From positions 768,001 through 832,000 of the forward strand of contig CBDFJG010000004.1 in NCBI GenBank assembly GCA_965248445.1: 64,000 nt of DNA, read 5' to 3'. The notes under the pieces are model-generated. The model was not told the origin of the DNA. It searched no databases and was given only the letters and a program-made list of their open reading frames with translations. Shown in pieces: positions 10,901 to 20,715 of this stretch (position 1 is the stretch's first letter; the number at the start of each line of letters is the position of its first letter). The position numbers were made by a program, and so were the translations under genes. Origin of the DNA: Planctomycetota bacterium (GTDB lineage Bacteria > Planctomycetota > JAJSAM01 > JAJVHW01).

Positions 10901-11571
10901 TCCTCTCGCTCGGACTGCTGGCAGGCGAACTTGGACTGCTGGGCGACGCACGTGCCGCCCTGCAAGCCGCCCGCGAGAAGTGCCAGGGCGCGGGGGACGT
11001 GCGCTTCGAGTCGGCGATGGTGCAAGCCCTCGGAGAGAACGCAGTGGCCGCCCGCGACTCGGCCCGCGCGCGAGAGTGCTTCGGCGAGGCGCTGGAGTTG
11101 CGGCGCCGGATTGCGTACCGCCCCGGAGTCTGCGAGAGCCTCGTGGCGCTCGGCCAGGTCGCGGCGACCGAGCGCGACGTGGCGACAGCCCGCCGGTGCC
11201 TGGATGAAGCGAGCGATCTGGCCGACGTCCTGCAGATGCCGGGTATCGAGGCGCTCTGCGGCGCGACGCTGGCACTGCTGCACGCGCGGGAGGGCCAGAT
11301 GGAACAGGCGCGGAGAGGGCTCGCCTCGGCGCACCGGGCACTCGGTGTGGACGGCCCCGTGAGCGTCGCCAGCCGGGCGGAGGGTCTCTACTTCGCGGCG
11401 CAGGCCGCCCGAGCGCTCGGGGACGAGGACGCCTTCCGAACGTACCTGTGGCAAGCCTACGACGTGCTCCAGGACGTGGCCGCCCCGATGGCGGCGGAGG
11501 AGCGTCACCGCTTCCTGAAGGGAACCAGCCCCAACAAGGAGATCGTGGGGCTCGTGAGCCGAATGAGCTGA
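7948..11571 (+). CDS. Ser/Thr protein kinase fused to AAA/STAND-type ATPase and TPR-like repeats
   Basis: LGTGGMGTVY, VAVK, HRDLKPEN, DLG, YASPE; IAGRETEL, Walker A GEHGIGKS, Walker B VVILDD, TEGNPYF; helical C-terminal repeats; TTG start at 7948 after GGAG (ORF open from 7879). Confidence 0.9.
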   Translation: MTDLEPVAPLSPESLRLGPYALRGELGTGGMGTVYLAEIVDVAEGRFGPLPPPGTQVAVKTFHPHLVTAQEFEGRFHREAKTGARLGHENVVQTIDAGTDELRGHATSYIAMEYVHGQTLRSLLDELGQVPQELAVSIACQVCSGLVAIHGAGITHRDLKPENVIITDDHHVKLMDLGVAKVRDASIRLSLTGQFLGSVHYASPEQFRDTSSVDARTDLYAVGVLVYEMLAGQNPFHHTDLQVILRRTLNDRPARLTTLLPDVPPVLDQLVATLVEKSPDDRVQTAEAVLDALTNGDQSAWWKERGAELHDETAGRAILRLPVARETSIAGRETELAQLESIFDSLAETSPRSVWIDGEHGIGKSRLADGMLASLAARRDDCVATHGAFPPPGTGRAHQAFGEALIRLLGDAPRERLRELLGGEAPVDTFADLLDGSALSPDVLADDQFRALYTSALSGLSAESPVVVILDDAHLAGEQDARLLSTLVRADGLLMMLIVISRTLDESHPVSLALTEVREDVERITVSRLGPRAVGQLLRAMLQSERLVQELGFRLIEKTEGNPYFMLEVLRSLKSDRVLKPRLDGGWTMADTRIDIQVPDSVRELIGTTLARLAEDDRDLLDLASVQGIEFDPDILSELLGTPRIALLRRLSRLERKYRLIRSTGRTCRFDHQQVQQTLYDELMQGLREEYHAQIGNALERRMGETTMTGVDAFELATHFVRGRDRERAVVHVRTALLHARATYAVDAGGKLAEEFLALDAESGAPDPALRAEMLLDLAELRGHAGHRDDERAALDEAAELVERTDDTELVRRSFERRLALHMQLGEHAAAERICRSALKDASRRKDHEGAVAAIANLAGALRAQGRFDDAVNSLRRCLSWLVRRDSTLRRTLLMTSLGLVQAHRGHIGPAQRMYLEARERARDLGMGDTVRVTVPPADKDDALRDQLAGLTRALGRYAESRIDAERTLLLGTRVARTLREAAVLLSLGLLAGELGLLGDARAALQAAREKCQGAGDVRFESAMVQALGENAVAARDSARARECFGEALELRRRIAYRPGVCESLVALGQVAATERDVATARRCLDEASDLADVLQMPGIEALCGATLALLHAREGQMEQARRGLASAHRALGVDGPVSVASRAEGLYFAAQAARALGDEDAFRTYLWQAYDVLQDVAAPMAAEERHRFLKGTSPNKEIVGLVSRMS

Positions 11572-11738
11572 CCCGGTATTCCAGACCAAGGGCGGCCGCC
11601 CATTCGTCCCATCCAGAGACCCACGAAACGCTCTGCCCGCGCGGTGCGTCCGAGGTCGGGAAGCGTATGATCGACGGGACGCCCAGGGAGGGCGGCCGTC
11701 TCTCGACGGCACTGCCGGTCACCACTGCGGAGATCAAG

Positions 11739-14700
11739 ATGCGCCCATCGTCCGGAATCACCTCTCGCACACTGCTGGCCGGCCTCGCTCTGCTCGCCGC
11801 GCCCGCGGCGTTGCACTCCGCCGCCCTCGTTCCGGCAGCCTGGGCCCAGGACTCCGCGGATCCCGTGGACCCCATCGAGGATCAGGCCCTCGAGGAGGAG
11901 GCGCACGCGCGCTTCGACCAAGCGCTCGACACGTTCCGGCGCGCGTTCGACACGTCGGTGCAGCAAGCCCGCTCCGGCGGAGCCGCGCGCGTGAAGAACC
12001 TCTCCCGCGCCGAGGTGCTCGCCGAGAAGATCGACCTGCTCACCGAGCGGACCACGCGCTTCCGCGACAGCGAGGCGTTCCTCGCCGGCTATGACGCCGA
12101 GTCGGTCGGCCACGTGCTGCGCGCGCGCATCGACTTCCTCCGCACACGCTACCGGGCGGCCGCCGGCGACGCGGAGGGCGCAGCCGAACTCGCCGCGAGC
12201 CTCTCGCTGGTCCACGACTACTGGATCATCGGACCGTTCGACAACGAGCGCGGCCGCGGTTTCAAATCGAACAAGGAGCCGCAGAAGGAGCTGAAGCTCG
12301 ACGCCGAGTACGAGGGCAAGGAGCGCCCGGTGCGCTGGCGCAGGGTGCCGGTTACCGACGTCACTGCGCGCGTCAACCTGAACGCTCTGCTCAGACCGAA
12401 CGATCAGGCGTTCGCGTACGCCGTCGCGTTCGTGAAGAGCGAGACGGCCCAGCCCGCCGCCGTGCGCGTGGGGTCCGACGAAGCTCTGCGGGTGTGGTGG
12501 AACGGACAGGAAGTCGTCAAGCGCGACGTGCGCCGCTCCCTCGGCTGGGACCAGGACGTCGCGGGCGTGAACCTCAACGAGGGCTGGAACGCCGTGCTCC
12601 TGAAGGTGCACGACCAGACTGGCGCGTGGGCGTTCCGCATGCGGCTGACCGCGCCGGACGGCGGGCCGCTCAGCGGCGTCGCGTTCGCCCGCACGCAAGA
12701 GGACGCAGAGACGGCCACCGGCAGTCTCGGCAAGGCCACGCCGTTCGAGGGCGCGGTCGACGGGGGCGCCAAGCAATACTACGACGGGGTCGTCGGCGAG
12801 GGCGAAGACGCCACGCAGTGGGGGGGCGGCTCACGCGACCTCTTCCATCTCGGCTATCTCCACTTCCGCCGCGGCTTCGACAGCATCACGGACCGCAAGG
12901 CCGCGAAGTTGCTGAAGAAGGCCGCCGACGGCCGTCCGGGCGACGCCGTTCTTCGCTTCCACTACGCCGAAGCCGCGTCGCCGCCGATCGAGATGTCGGT
13001 CGAACGCGAGGAGAACCGCCAGCGGCAGGCCCGCCTGGAAGCCGTCGAGAAGGACCCCGAGTACGCGCTCGCGTACCGCGCCCTCGCCGACTATTACACG
13101 CGTTCGCTCGTCAACCTGGAGCGCGCCGAGTCGCTGCTTCGCAAAGCGCTCACCGTCAATCCGGACTACTACCAGGCACGCCTCGACCTGGCCGACGTGC
13201 TGCGGCGCCGCGGACTGCACGCTGACGCGCAGAAAGAGCGCAACAGGGTGTTCGCGCAGCCGTCCGCCGCCGAGCGCGAAGCACGTCAACGCGCCTGGGC
13301 GCGCGATCTCCAGCGTCAGGGCCGCGGACGCGAAGCGCTCGGCGCGTGGAACGAGGTCCTCGGCCTCGATGCGCGCAGCAACGACGTGCGTCGCCGCGTC
13401 GCGAACCTCGCTGCCGAATCGATGGCGCACCAGGACGCTGTCAATGTGCTCGAGTCGATCCTCGAGGTGAACCCCTACGACACGTCCACGCTCTCGCGAC
13501 TGGCCGAATTGCATCAGGGCCACGGCGATCTGGATCTGGCGGCAACGACTCTCGAGCGCGCGCTCGAGATAGCGCCCGAGGACGATGGGCTGCTGCAGAC
13601 GCTCGGACACGTCCGGCTGAAGTCCGGGCAGAACGACGAAGCACTCGTAGCGTTCCAGGAGGCACTCCGCGTCAACCCGAAGCTGCAGAAGCTCGAGCGT
13701 TACCTCGAGTTCCTCGATCCGTCCCGCGCTCCGTACGAAGACGACTACCGCACCGATATCACGGCACTGATCGAGAAGGCGCGTGACTACGACAACGCCG
13801 AGAACGACAGCCACCTCATCCTGCTCGAGCAGCAGGTGGACAAGGTGAACCCCGACGGCACGTCGAGCACCTACACGCACAACGCGATGAAGATCCTGAC
13901 GAACGAGGGCGTCAAGCGCTTCGATCGCATCCCGGCACAGGCATGGGGCGACCGCTCGTTCAAGTGGAAGGGGGCGCGTGTCATCAAGGAGGATGGTTCC
14001 GTCCTCGACGCGAAGCTCCAGGCGTTCGGCAGCTTCCGAGTGGCGGACTTCCCGCCGCTCGTGCCCGGCGACGTCGTCGAGATCGAGTACCGCGCGGACG
14101 ATCGCTCCCAGAGCTTCTTCGGCGACTACTTCGGGACCGTGCGCTACTTCGGCGACTACGTGCCGACGCTCATGGCCACGTACACGCTGATCACTCCGAA
14201 GGAACGCACCTTCCACTTCAACCGCGAGCGGCTGGACCAGGAGCCGGTGGTGACCGAGACCGAGGACGACACGCGGGTCTACGAATGGGTCGTCTGGGAC
14301 ATGCCGAAGATCCGGCAAGAGATCGGCATGCCGGGACCAGTCGAGATCTTCCCGCAGGTGCAGGTCTCGACGTACGGGTCGTGGGACGAGTTCGCCAAAT
14401 GGTGGTGGAGCATGATCCGCGACCAGCACATCGCGAGCGAGGACATCAAGGCGAAGGTCACGGAGCTGACGGCCGAGAAGGAGTCACGCCTCGACAAGGT
14501 CCGCGCCATCTACGAGTTCGTGACCGGCGAGGTCACGTACCAGGCGTGGGAGTTCGGCGTGCACGGCTACAAGCCGTACACGACGACCTCGATCTTCGAC
14601 AAGAAGGAGGGTGACTGTAAGGACAAGGCCATCCTCATGAACACCATGCTGCGCGAGATCGGCGTCGAGTCGTATCCGGTGCTGATCATGGCAGAGGAGC

Positions 14701-15641
14701 CGCGTCCGATCCGCGACATGTCGCTCGCCATGGTCGGTCAGTTCAATCACTGCATCAGCTACGTTCCCGACGCCGACGGGTCCGGCACCGGCATGTTCCT
14801 CGACGGCACCGTCCAGTACGGACATGTCGGACTGCCGCCGGGCATGGACCGAGGGGCAGAGGTGCTCGTCGTGAAGCCCGAGGGCGCGGAACTCGTGAAG
14901 ATCCCGCTCGGCACGCCCGACGAAACGGGACTGGACCAGGACTACGACGTCACGGTCCACGCGGACGGTTCGGCGAGCGTCAAGGCGGAGTTCACGTGGC
15001 GCGGCGACCTCGCGCTGCAGTGCCGCAGCATGTTCGCCGTCGAGGGCCGCCGCAAGCTCATCCTGCAGGCGATCCTCGCGCAGGTCTTCGGTCCGGCGAA
15101 GCTCGGCGAAATCGACTTCGACGACCTGAAGGAGGCCGACGAGCCGGTCGAGCGCTTCCGCGTGACCGCCGAGGTTCGCAACTTCGCGAAGGGGTCGGGC
15201 GACGTGCGCGACCTTCCCACGGCGTTCCTGAACATGTTGGATCAGATGAAGCAGATCGTCGAGCGCCCGGAGCGCGAGCACGACCTGCTCCTGCAGAACC
15301 CGATGTCGTTCTGCATCACGGCGAAGTACACGCTGCCCGAGGGCTGGACCCTGGATCAGGCACCCGAGGACCTGAGCATCGACCTGCCGCAGGCGGCGTT
15401 CACGTCGACTGCCAGCGCAGACGGCTCCGTGCTCACGCTCGAGCGCAACATCGAACTGCGCGAGACACGCGTCCCGACCGAGTCTTACGGCGCGTTCCGT
15501 GACGGACTGACGAAGGCGAACGGCACCTCGAAGCACACTTTCAAGGTGCGCGTCGGCGGAACCGAGCCCGACAGCGGCCCAGAAGAGAGCGGCAACGAAG
15601 ACAGCGACACGGAAGAAGACGGCGCCGAAGAAGGCGAGTGA
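11739..15641 (+). CDS. Secreted TPR + DUF3857 + transglutaminase-like protein (catalytic triad intact)
   Basis: Signal peptide MRPSSGITSRTLLAGLALLAAP...AWAQ after GGAG; WIIGPFDN/LNEGWNAVLLKV beta-domain; TPR repeats; LVPGDVVEIEY; GDCKDKA, FNHCI, LDGT. Confidence 0.88.
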   Translation: MRPSSGITSRTLLAGLALLAAPAALHSAALVPAAWAQDSADPVDPIEDQALEEEAHARFDQALDTFRRAFDTSVQQARSGGAARVKNLSRAEVLAEKIDLLTERTTRFRDSEAFLAGYDAESVGHVLRARIDFLRTRYRAAAGDAEGAAELAASLSLVHDYWIIGPFDNERGRGFKSNKEPQKELKLDAEYEGKERPVRWRRVPVTDVTARVNLNALLRPNDQAFAYAVAFVKSETAQPAAVRVGSDEALRVWWNGQEVVKRDVRRSLGWDQDVAGVNLNEGWNAVLLKVHDQTGAWAFRMRLTAPDGGPLSGVAFARTQEDAETATGSLGKATPFEGAVDGGAKQYYDGVVGEGEDATQWGGGSRDLFHLGYLHFRRGFDSITDRKAAKLLKKAADGRPGDAVLRFHYAEAASPPIEMSVEREENRQRQARLEAVEKDPEYALAYRALADYYTRSLVNLERAESLLRKALTVNPDYYQARLDLADVLRRRGLHADAQKERNRVFAQPSAAEREARQRAWARDLQRQGRGREALGAWNEVLGLDARSNDVRRRVANLAAESMAHQDAVNVLESILEVNPYDTSTLSRLAELHQGHGDLDLAATTLERALEIAPEDDGLLQTLGHVRLKSGQNDEALVAFQEALRVNPKLQKLERYLEFLDPSRAPYEDDYRTDITALIEKARDYDNAENDSHLILLEQQVDKVNPDGTSSTYTHNAMKILTNEGVKRFDRIPAQAWGDRSFKWKGARVIKEDGSVLDAKLQAFGSFRVADFPPLVPGDVVEIEYRADDRSQSFFGDYFGTVRYFGDYVPTLMATYTLITPKERTFHFNRERLDQEPVVTETEDDTRVYEWVVWDMPKIRQEIGMPGPVEIFPQVQVSTYGSWDEFAKWWWSMIRDQHIASEDIKAKVTELTAEKESRLDKVRAIYEFVTGEVTYQAWEFGVHGYKPYTTTSIFDKKEGDCKDKAILMNTMLREIGVESYPVLIMAEEPRPIRDMSLAMVGQFNHCISYVPDADGSGTGMFLDGTVQYGHVGLPPGMDRGAEVLVVKPEGAELVKIPLGTPDETGLDQDYDVTVHADGSASVKAEFTWRGDLALQCRSMFAVEGRRKLILQAILAQVFGPAKLGEIDFDDLKEADEPVERFRVTAEVRNFAKGSGDVRDLPTAFLNMLDQMKQIVERPEREHDLLLQNPMSFCITAKYTLPEGWTLDQAPEDLSIDLPQAAFTSTASADGSVLTLERNIELRETRVPTESYGAFRDGLTKANGTSKHTFKVRVGGTEPDSGPEESGNEDSDTEEDGAEEGE

Positions 15642-15713
15642 TCGAGAACGACGGCCGCGCGCTGCCGGGCGACCACACGAGCACGCCCGCACATTCGCGG
15701 CACCCACACCCGC

Positions 15714-15745
15714 GCTACCCACACATTGGGCTATCCACACATTGG
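15714..15745. repeat. 16-bp tandem repeat x2 in intergenic spacer
   Basis: GCTACCCACACATTGG GCTATCCACACATTGG, with degenerate CCACAC-containing copies upstream. Confidence 0.8.
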
Positions 15746-15752
15746 TGACCAA

Positions 15753-18700
15753 ATGAGAATTCGCACCCTCGCACTTCTGGCCCCCGCCGTGCTCGCACTC
15801 GGCGCGCAACCCGCCCGGTCCGCCGAACCCTCCGTACCAGACGCGCTGTATGGCTCGGAGTTCGAGGCGCGGGGCGACTTCGGCGGATGGCTCTCCGAAC
15901 TGCTCGACGCCTACACGGCCGAACCGGAGTCTCCCTACGGCGTGCTGCTGCTGCAGAAGATCCGCGGTCTCACGGGGCACGCAGAAGACGTCGGCGTGGT
16001 CGCGTCGCGGCTCACGCCGGTGTTCGACGCGGGCGTCGGGGACCCCGAGGTGCTCGAAGTGCTGACCGACGTGCTCGCCGACCGCGCGCGCGCCGCCGGT
16101 GACTTCGACCGCGGCAATGCGTACGCAGGCAATGCGGGCTACCTGCGCAAGTTCGCCTCCGTCGGTCCGTTCGGCTGGTCCGAGGACGCGCTAGTCCACA
16201 AGCACTACGCGCCCGAGTCCGGCGAGGTCGATCCGACTCAGACCTACGAGGACTCACGGGGAGTCAAGGGCTGGAAGACGCTGCCGGTCGTGGGCGAGTC
16301 CGCGTGGGTTCGGCCGTTCGATCAGTTGCGCCGCGGCGGGTCCGGCGTCACTTACTCGATGGCGCGCGTGCGCAGTAGCGCACCCGGAACTGTGGCGCTC
16401 AAGGTCCACTGCGGCACGTCGTTCAAGCTCACGGTGAACGGACGCGAGATCGTGTCCGCCGACCAGCGCCGCGACCGCGTCCCCGACCCGGTGTGGTGCA
16501 CTGCGCGCCTGCAGGACGGCTGGAATCGCATCGTCATGAAGCTCGCCGGACGAGGGAGCTTCGCCATCAAGGTGTGCGACGCCGGGACCGGCGCGATCCT
16601 CAGGGGGCTGGAGGAGGGAGATCCTCTTCTCGCCGATGCGGCGCCGGCCGCCGGAGAGCCCGCCGATGCACTCACCTACAAGTCGCCATTGGAGAGAGTG
16701 ATCGCCGCAGCTGCCGCGGACGACGACGCAGCGCGCCTCACCGCTGCCGCCCAGATGCTCTCCTCCGCCGACCGCGATTGGGAAGCGTACGAGGCGTTCG
16801 AGAAGGCAGCGGCGCTCGCGACCGCGCTGCCCGACGTACCGCAGGCGAACATCCTGTCGTCGCACGGACGCTTCCTGGCGGACTTCGGCCCGTTCCCCGA
16901 CGTGCAGAGGAAGCTCCGCGCCAAGCCGCAGTTCCTGGCCGCCCTCGAGGCCCATCGGGGACACGTCTCCGCGACCGTCCGCATCGCGCGCTACGAGGAC
17001 GAAGACGACCGCCCCGACAAGGCCGTCAAGTCCGTCCAGAAGCTCGTCTCGGAGAACCCGAACGCCTCCGCGTGGATGACACTCGCGCGCATCGCGCGAA
17101 ACCGCGGATGGGAGCGCGAGGCACAGGACGCCGCCGAGGCCGCATCGAGCCTCGCACCCAACCTCGAGGAACCGCTGACGTTCCTCGCCGCCATCGACAA
17201 GCAGTACGCGAACCACGAGTCGCGCATTGCGCGCATGCGGCAGGTGCTCGCGATTGATGCAGGAGACGGCACCGCGATCAACGCGGTCATCGACTCGCTA
17301 CGCGCGCAGGGGAAGCAGACCGAAGCCGTCGAGTTGCTCCAGGAGATGACGGCCAGGTGGCCCGCTTCGCTCGGCTGGCGCCGCCAGCTGGCAGCGGTGA
17401 TGACGGAACTCGGTGAGGAAGAAGAGGCGCTGAAGATCTTCAACGACCTCGCGACCCGAGTCCCGGAGGAAGCGCAATACCCGTCGGAGATCGGCCATGT
17501 CCTCGAACTGACCGGCAACGGTGACGGTGCCGTCGAGGCGTTCGAGAAGAGCCTGTCGCTCGCCGGATACCAGCCCAACCTCTGGCGCCGGGTGAAGCGC
17601 CTGCGCGGTGAGGTGGAGGACTTCGGAGCGCGCTACGAGCCGGACGTGGAAGCGATCATCTCGGGTCTGGATTCGACCGAGGATATGGTCGCGAAGTACC
17701 CCAAGGCTGTAGCGGTGACGGTTCTCGACCACACGGTCACGCGCGTGCGCCCGGACGGATCGTCCGAGAGCTACGTCCACATGATCTACAAGATCCTGAA
17801 CGAGAAGGGCGTCGCGAAGTACGGCGACGTCGGCAACTCCGGCGAACTCCTGGAGATCCGCTCGATCCTGCCCGACGGCACCGAGATGGCGCCCACGGGG
17901 CTGCGGCGGCGGTCGTTCAACATGGAGGGTCTGGTTCCCGGAACGGTCATCGAGCACCGCTATTTCGCGACGTCGCGCCCCGGGCGGGACGGATACGACG
18001 GCGGACAGTTCTACTTCCAGGACTTCGAGTTCCGCCGCAGCCCGAACCCCGTGCTGATGAGCCGTTACGTCGTGCTCGTGCTGGACGACATGAAGGTCGA
18101 GTGGACGAAGCGCAACTACGACGAGGAACCGGACGTCAAGAAGGCCGGTGGCTACACGGCCACCACCTGGCAGAAGACCGACATGCCCATCATCGAGTGG
18201 GAGCAGTCGATGCCGGGCCGCGACGAGATCGTCCCGCACGTCAACTATTCGCCCAAGCCCAAGATGGACGACGTGAACTGGGAGTATCTGGGCGGCGCGG
18301 ACGACACGCGCACGAGCCCGATCCTCGAGGAAGCGCTGTCCCGCGCGGTGACCGAAGGCATGTCGGACACCGAACGACTGCACGCCATTCACGCGTTCGT
18401 GAACGAGGAGATTCTGGGCGACTTCTCGATGGGTTCCGACCCCGCGGCGATCCTCCTCGAGAAGGCCGGCGACCGCGCGCAGCTGTTCGAGGCCATGGTG
18501 CGCGCGTCCGGCATCCCACACAAGCAGGCCCGCGCGATGCCCAACCGGGGCGACGGCATGGATCTGGACAAGGCGACGTCGCGCTCGTTCAGCCGGCCGT
18601 TCCTGTGGCTCGAGCCGCGGGACGGAGAGCCGGTCCCGTACTTCGCCGGATCGCACCACGCGCCGTTCGGCCTCGTTCCGCGCGCGTTCCGGCGCAGCTT

Positions 18701-19403
18701 TGCGTACATCGCGTCGCCGCACGGCGGCCGCATCGTTCAGCTCCCCGCCTCCGGCGTGCCGGTGGACGACACGGTGAGTTTCGTGGTCCACCTGGGCGCC
18801 GACGCCGAGGCGACGCGGGTCTCCGGCACGCTGAACTACCGCAGCCCGAACGGCTACGGGTTCAAGCGGCAAATCGAGGAGATGTCGCAGGACGACCGGC
18901 GCAAGTTCGCCGAGCGGCAAATCTCGCAGTACTTCGAGAGCCCCGCGCTCGAGGAGTTCGAGTTCCCGGAAGTCGAGCGCAAGGGCACGCCGTTGCGCGT
19001 CTGGGTGTCCGGGACGATGCCGCAGTACCTCACGCAGCAGGGCGACGGTGTCGTCGCATCACTCGGGCTCCCGAAATCGGGTATGACCGGACGCTTCGTG
19101 CACCGGCCGGAGCGCACCTACGATCTCATTCTGAATCCGCACGACGACGACATCGCCGAGGTGGAGATCCACCTTGGCGACGCATTCGAGGTGGCGTCAC
19201 TTCCCGAGGACCACCTGTCCGTGGGCGACCTCGGTGTCTACTCGCTGACGTGGCGCCACACGGGAGGCGTCGTGAACGTGCGCCGCGAGATGCACCTCAA
19301 GCCGGCGCGCTACACGCCGGACCAGTACGCGGAATTCACCGCGTGGTGCAAGGCGATCGACGACGCCGAAGACCGCAAGCTCGAACTGCGCCGCCGCAAA
19401 TAG
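15753..19403 (+). CDS. Secreted TPR + DUF3857 protein with degenerate transglutaminase-like domain
   Basis: Signal peptide MRIRTLALLAPAVLALGA; VGPFG/LQDGWNRIVMKL beta-domain; TPRs; GLVPGTVIEHRY; ILLEKAGDRAQLF where the neighbour has GDCKDKA. Confidence 0.82.
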   Translation: MRIRTLALLAPAVLALGAQPARSAEPSVPDALYGSEFEARGDFGGWLSELLDAYTAEPESPYGVLLLQKIRGLTGHAEDVGVVASRLTPVFDAGVGDPEVLEVLTDVLADRARAAGDFDRGNAYAGNAGYLRKFASVGPFGWSEDALVHKHYAPESGEVDPTQTYEDSRGVKGWKTLPVVGESAWVRPFDQLRRGGSGVTYSMARVRSSAPGTVALKVHCGTSFKLTVNGREIVSADQRRDRVPDPVWCTARLQDGWNRIVMKLAGRGSFAIKVCDAGTGAILRGLEEGDPLLADAAPAAGEPADALTYKSPLERVIAAAAADDDAARLTAAAQMLSSADRDWEAYEAFEKAAALATALPDVPQANILSSHGRFLADFGPFPDVQRKLRAKPQFLAALEAHRGHVSATVRIARYEDEDDRPDKAVKSVQKLVSENPNASAWMTLARIARNRGWEREAQDAAEAASSLAPNLEEPLTFLAAIDKQYANHESRIARMRQVLAIDAGDGTAINAVIDSLRAQGKQTEAVELLQEMTARWPASLGWRRQLAAVMTELGEEEEALKIFNDLATRVPEEAQYPSEIGHVLELTGNGDGAVEAFEKSLSLAGYQPNLWRRVKRLRGEVEDFGARYEPDVEAIISGLDSTEDMVAKYPKAVAVTVLDHTVTRVRPDGSSESYVHMIYKILNEKGVAKYGDVGNSGELLEIRSILPDGTEMAPTGLRRRSFNMEGLVPGTVIEHRYFATSRPGRDGYDGGQFYFQDFEFRRSPNPVLMSRYVVLVLDDMKVEWTKRNYDEEPDVKKAGGYTATTWQKTDMPIIEWEQSMPGRDEIVPHVNYSPKPKMDDVNWEYLGGADDTRTSPILEEALSRAVTEGMSDTERLHAIHAFVNEEILGDFSMGSDPAAILLEKAGDRAQLFEAMVRASGIPHKQARAMPNRGDGMDLDKATSRSFSRPFLWLEPRDGEPVPYFAGSHHAPFGLVPRAFRRSFAYIASPHGGRIVQLPASGVPVDDTVSFVVHLGADAEATRVSGTLNYRSPNGYGFKRQIEEMSQDDRRKFAERQISQYFESPALEEFEFPEVERKGTPLRVWVSGTMPQYLTQQGDGVVASLGLPKSGMTGRFVHRPERTYDLILNPHDDDIAEVEIHLGDAFEVASLPEDHLSVGDLGVYSLTWRHTGGVVNVRREMHLKPARYTPDQYAEFTAWCKAIDDAEDRKLELRRRK

Positions 19404-19419
19404 CCCGAGGGAAACCGCC

Positions 19420-20706
19420 ATGTCGCGCATCTCAATCTGCCTCCTCCTCCTGATCGCAGGCGCGGCTACCGCGTGCGGGAACGACGATTCACAGCCGGAC
19501 ACGGTGCCGCCACGCCCGACGGACGTTGGCGGCACTACGCCCGTCGTTCCCCCACGCACGCCCTCCACCGGCAACAGCGGCACGACGGAGTTCGTGCTGC
19601 CGTCCGTGCCTCAGCTGGACACGGACACCGCACGGAAGGGCGTCGAGAGCAGCATCGAACGGAGCGACACAGACTTCGTCACGCAGGACGCGCTCCTCGG
19701 TCTCGTGGATCGCGAGGAGACCGCCCGCGCGGTGAAGCTCGCTCGGGAGACCTACTTGGTGCGCGGAGACGACGGTTACGAGGACCGGCTGTCTGCGCTG
19801 ATCGGACTCGAGATCCTGGTGGCGGCGGGCGAGCCCGGGGCAGTCGAGGAGACTCTGCGGCTGGCAGAGGTCATCTTCGACGACGAGGAGGACGAGACCT
19901 CCCATCAGCTCGTCGCGACACTCGCGCGCATCGCGGGCGCCGAGCGCACGCTCGCGGAGGAGTTGATCGCACGCGTCGTCCCCCTGGGCGATGACGGCGA
20001 CGATGCGCTCGCCGCGATGTACGTGCTCGCGCAACGCAAGACGAAGGCGCACCTCGACCTGATGGACCGAACCGCCCGGGATCCGGGCAGCCTCGATTCG
20101 CTGCGCTCCGCAGCCGCCGCGGGACTCGTGAACGCAGGCGATCCGCGCGGCCCGCAGCTGATGGAGGCTCTTCTGAGCACTCCCGACGTGCAGCTCGTCG
20201 ACGTACTCACCGGGTGCTCGGTGAGGGGCGCGACCGGCCTGCTGCCTCACGTCAAGAACGCTGTCGAGCGCGCCATCGCGGGCGGCGGGGATGCCGCCCC
20301 CGAATTCGATGCCGCCTGCTACGCGATGTCGGACATGTTCGTCGGCAGCGACGGCACACCGGCGCGCGAACTGATCCTCGCGTGGATGGAGCGCGATGAC
20401 ACGTTCGACGGCGATGCCGCCTCGTACGCACTCTGGTTGCTCGGTGACGACGGGCGCGCGCACGCCGTGACGAAGATCCTCACGCGCGAGATCGCGAGCG
20501 CCGGCGGCACGGACGTCGAGCTCGGCGTCCTCTTGCTCGACGAGATCGGAAGGCGCGGCTTGGCCGGTGACGAGCGCTTCAAGGACGTCGTCGAAGCGGC
20601 TGCACAGGTGGAGATCCCGAGTGGTGCGGACCCCTGGGTGGCGCAGCGGCTGCGCTGGCTGCGCCTGGCCGGCAGCAACGCGTTCCTCCGCTCACAGCGC
20701 GACTGA
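19420..20706 (+). CDS. Putative lipoprotein with HEAT/ARM-like helical repeats
   Basis: MSRISICLLLLIAGAATA-C lipobox, Pro/Thr linker, helical repeats (LRSAAAAGLVNAGDPRG; AASYALWLLGD). Confidence 0.65.
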   Translation: MSRISICLLLLIAGAATACGNDDSQPDTVPPRPTDVGGTTPVVPPRTPSTGNSGTTEFVLPSVPQLDTDTARKGVESSIERSDTDFVTQDALLGLVDREETARAVKLARETYLVRGDDGYEDRLSALIGLEILVAAGEPGAVEETLRLAEVIFDDEEDETSHQLVATLARIAGAERTLAEELIARVVPLGDDGDDALAAMYVLAQRKTKAHLDLMDRTARDPGSLDSLRSAAAAGLVNAGDPRGPQLMEALLSTPDVQLVDVLTGCSVRGATGLLPHVKNAVERAIAGGGDAAPEFDAACYAMSDMFVGSDGTPARELILAWMERDDTFDGDAASYALWLLGDDGRAHAVTKILTREIASAGGTDVELGVLLLDEIGRRGLAGDERFKDVVEAAAQVEIPSGADPWVAQRLRWLRLAGSNAFLRSQRD

Positions 20707-20715
20707 CGCGCGCAG

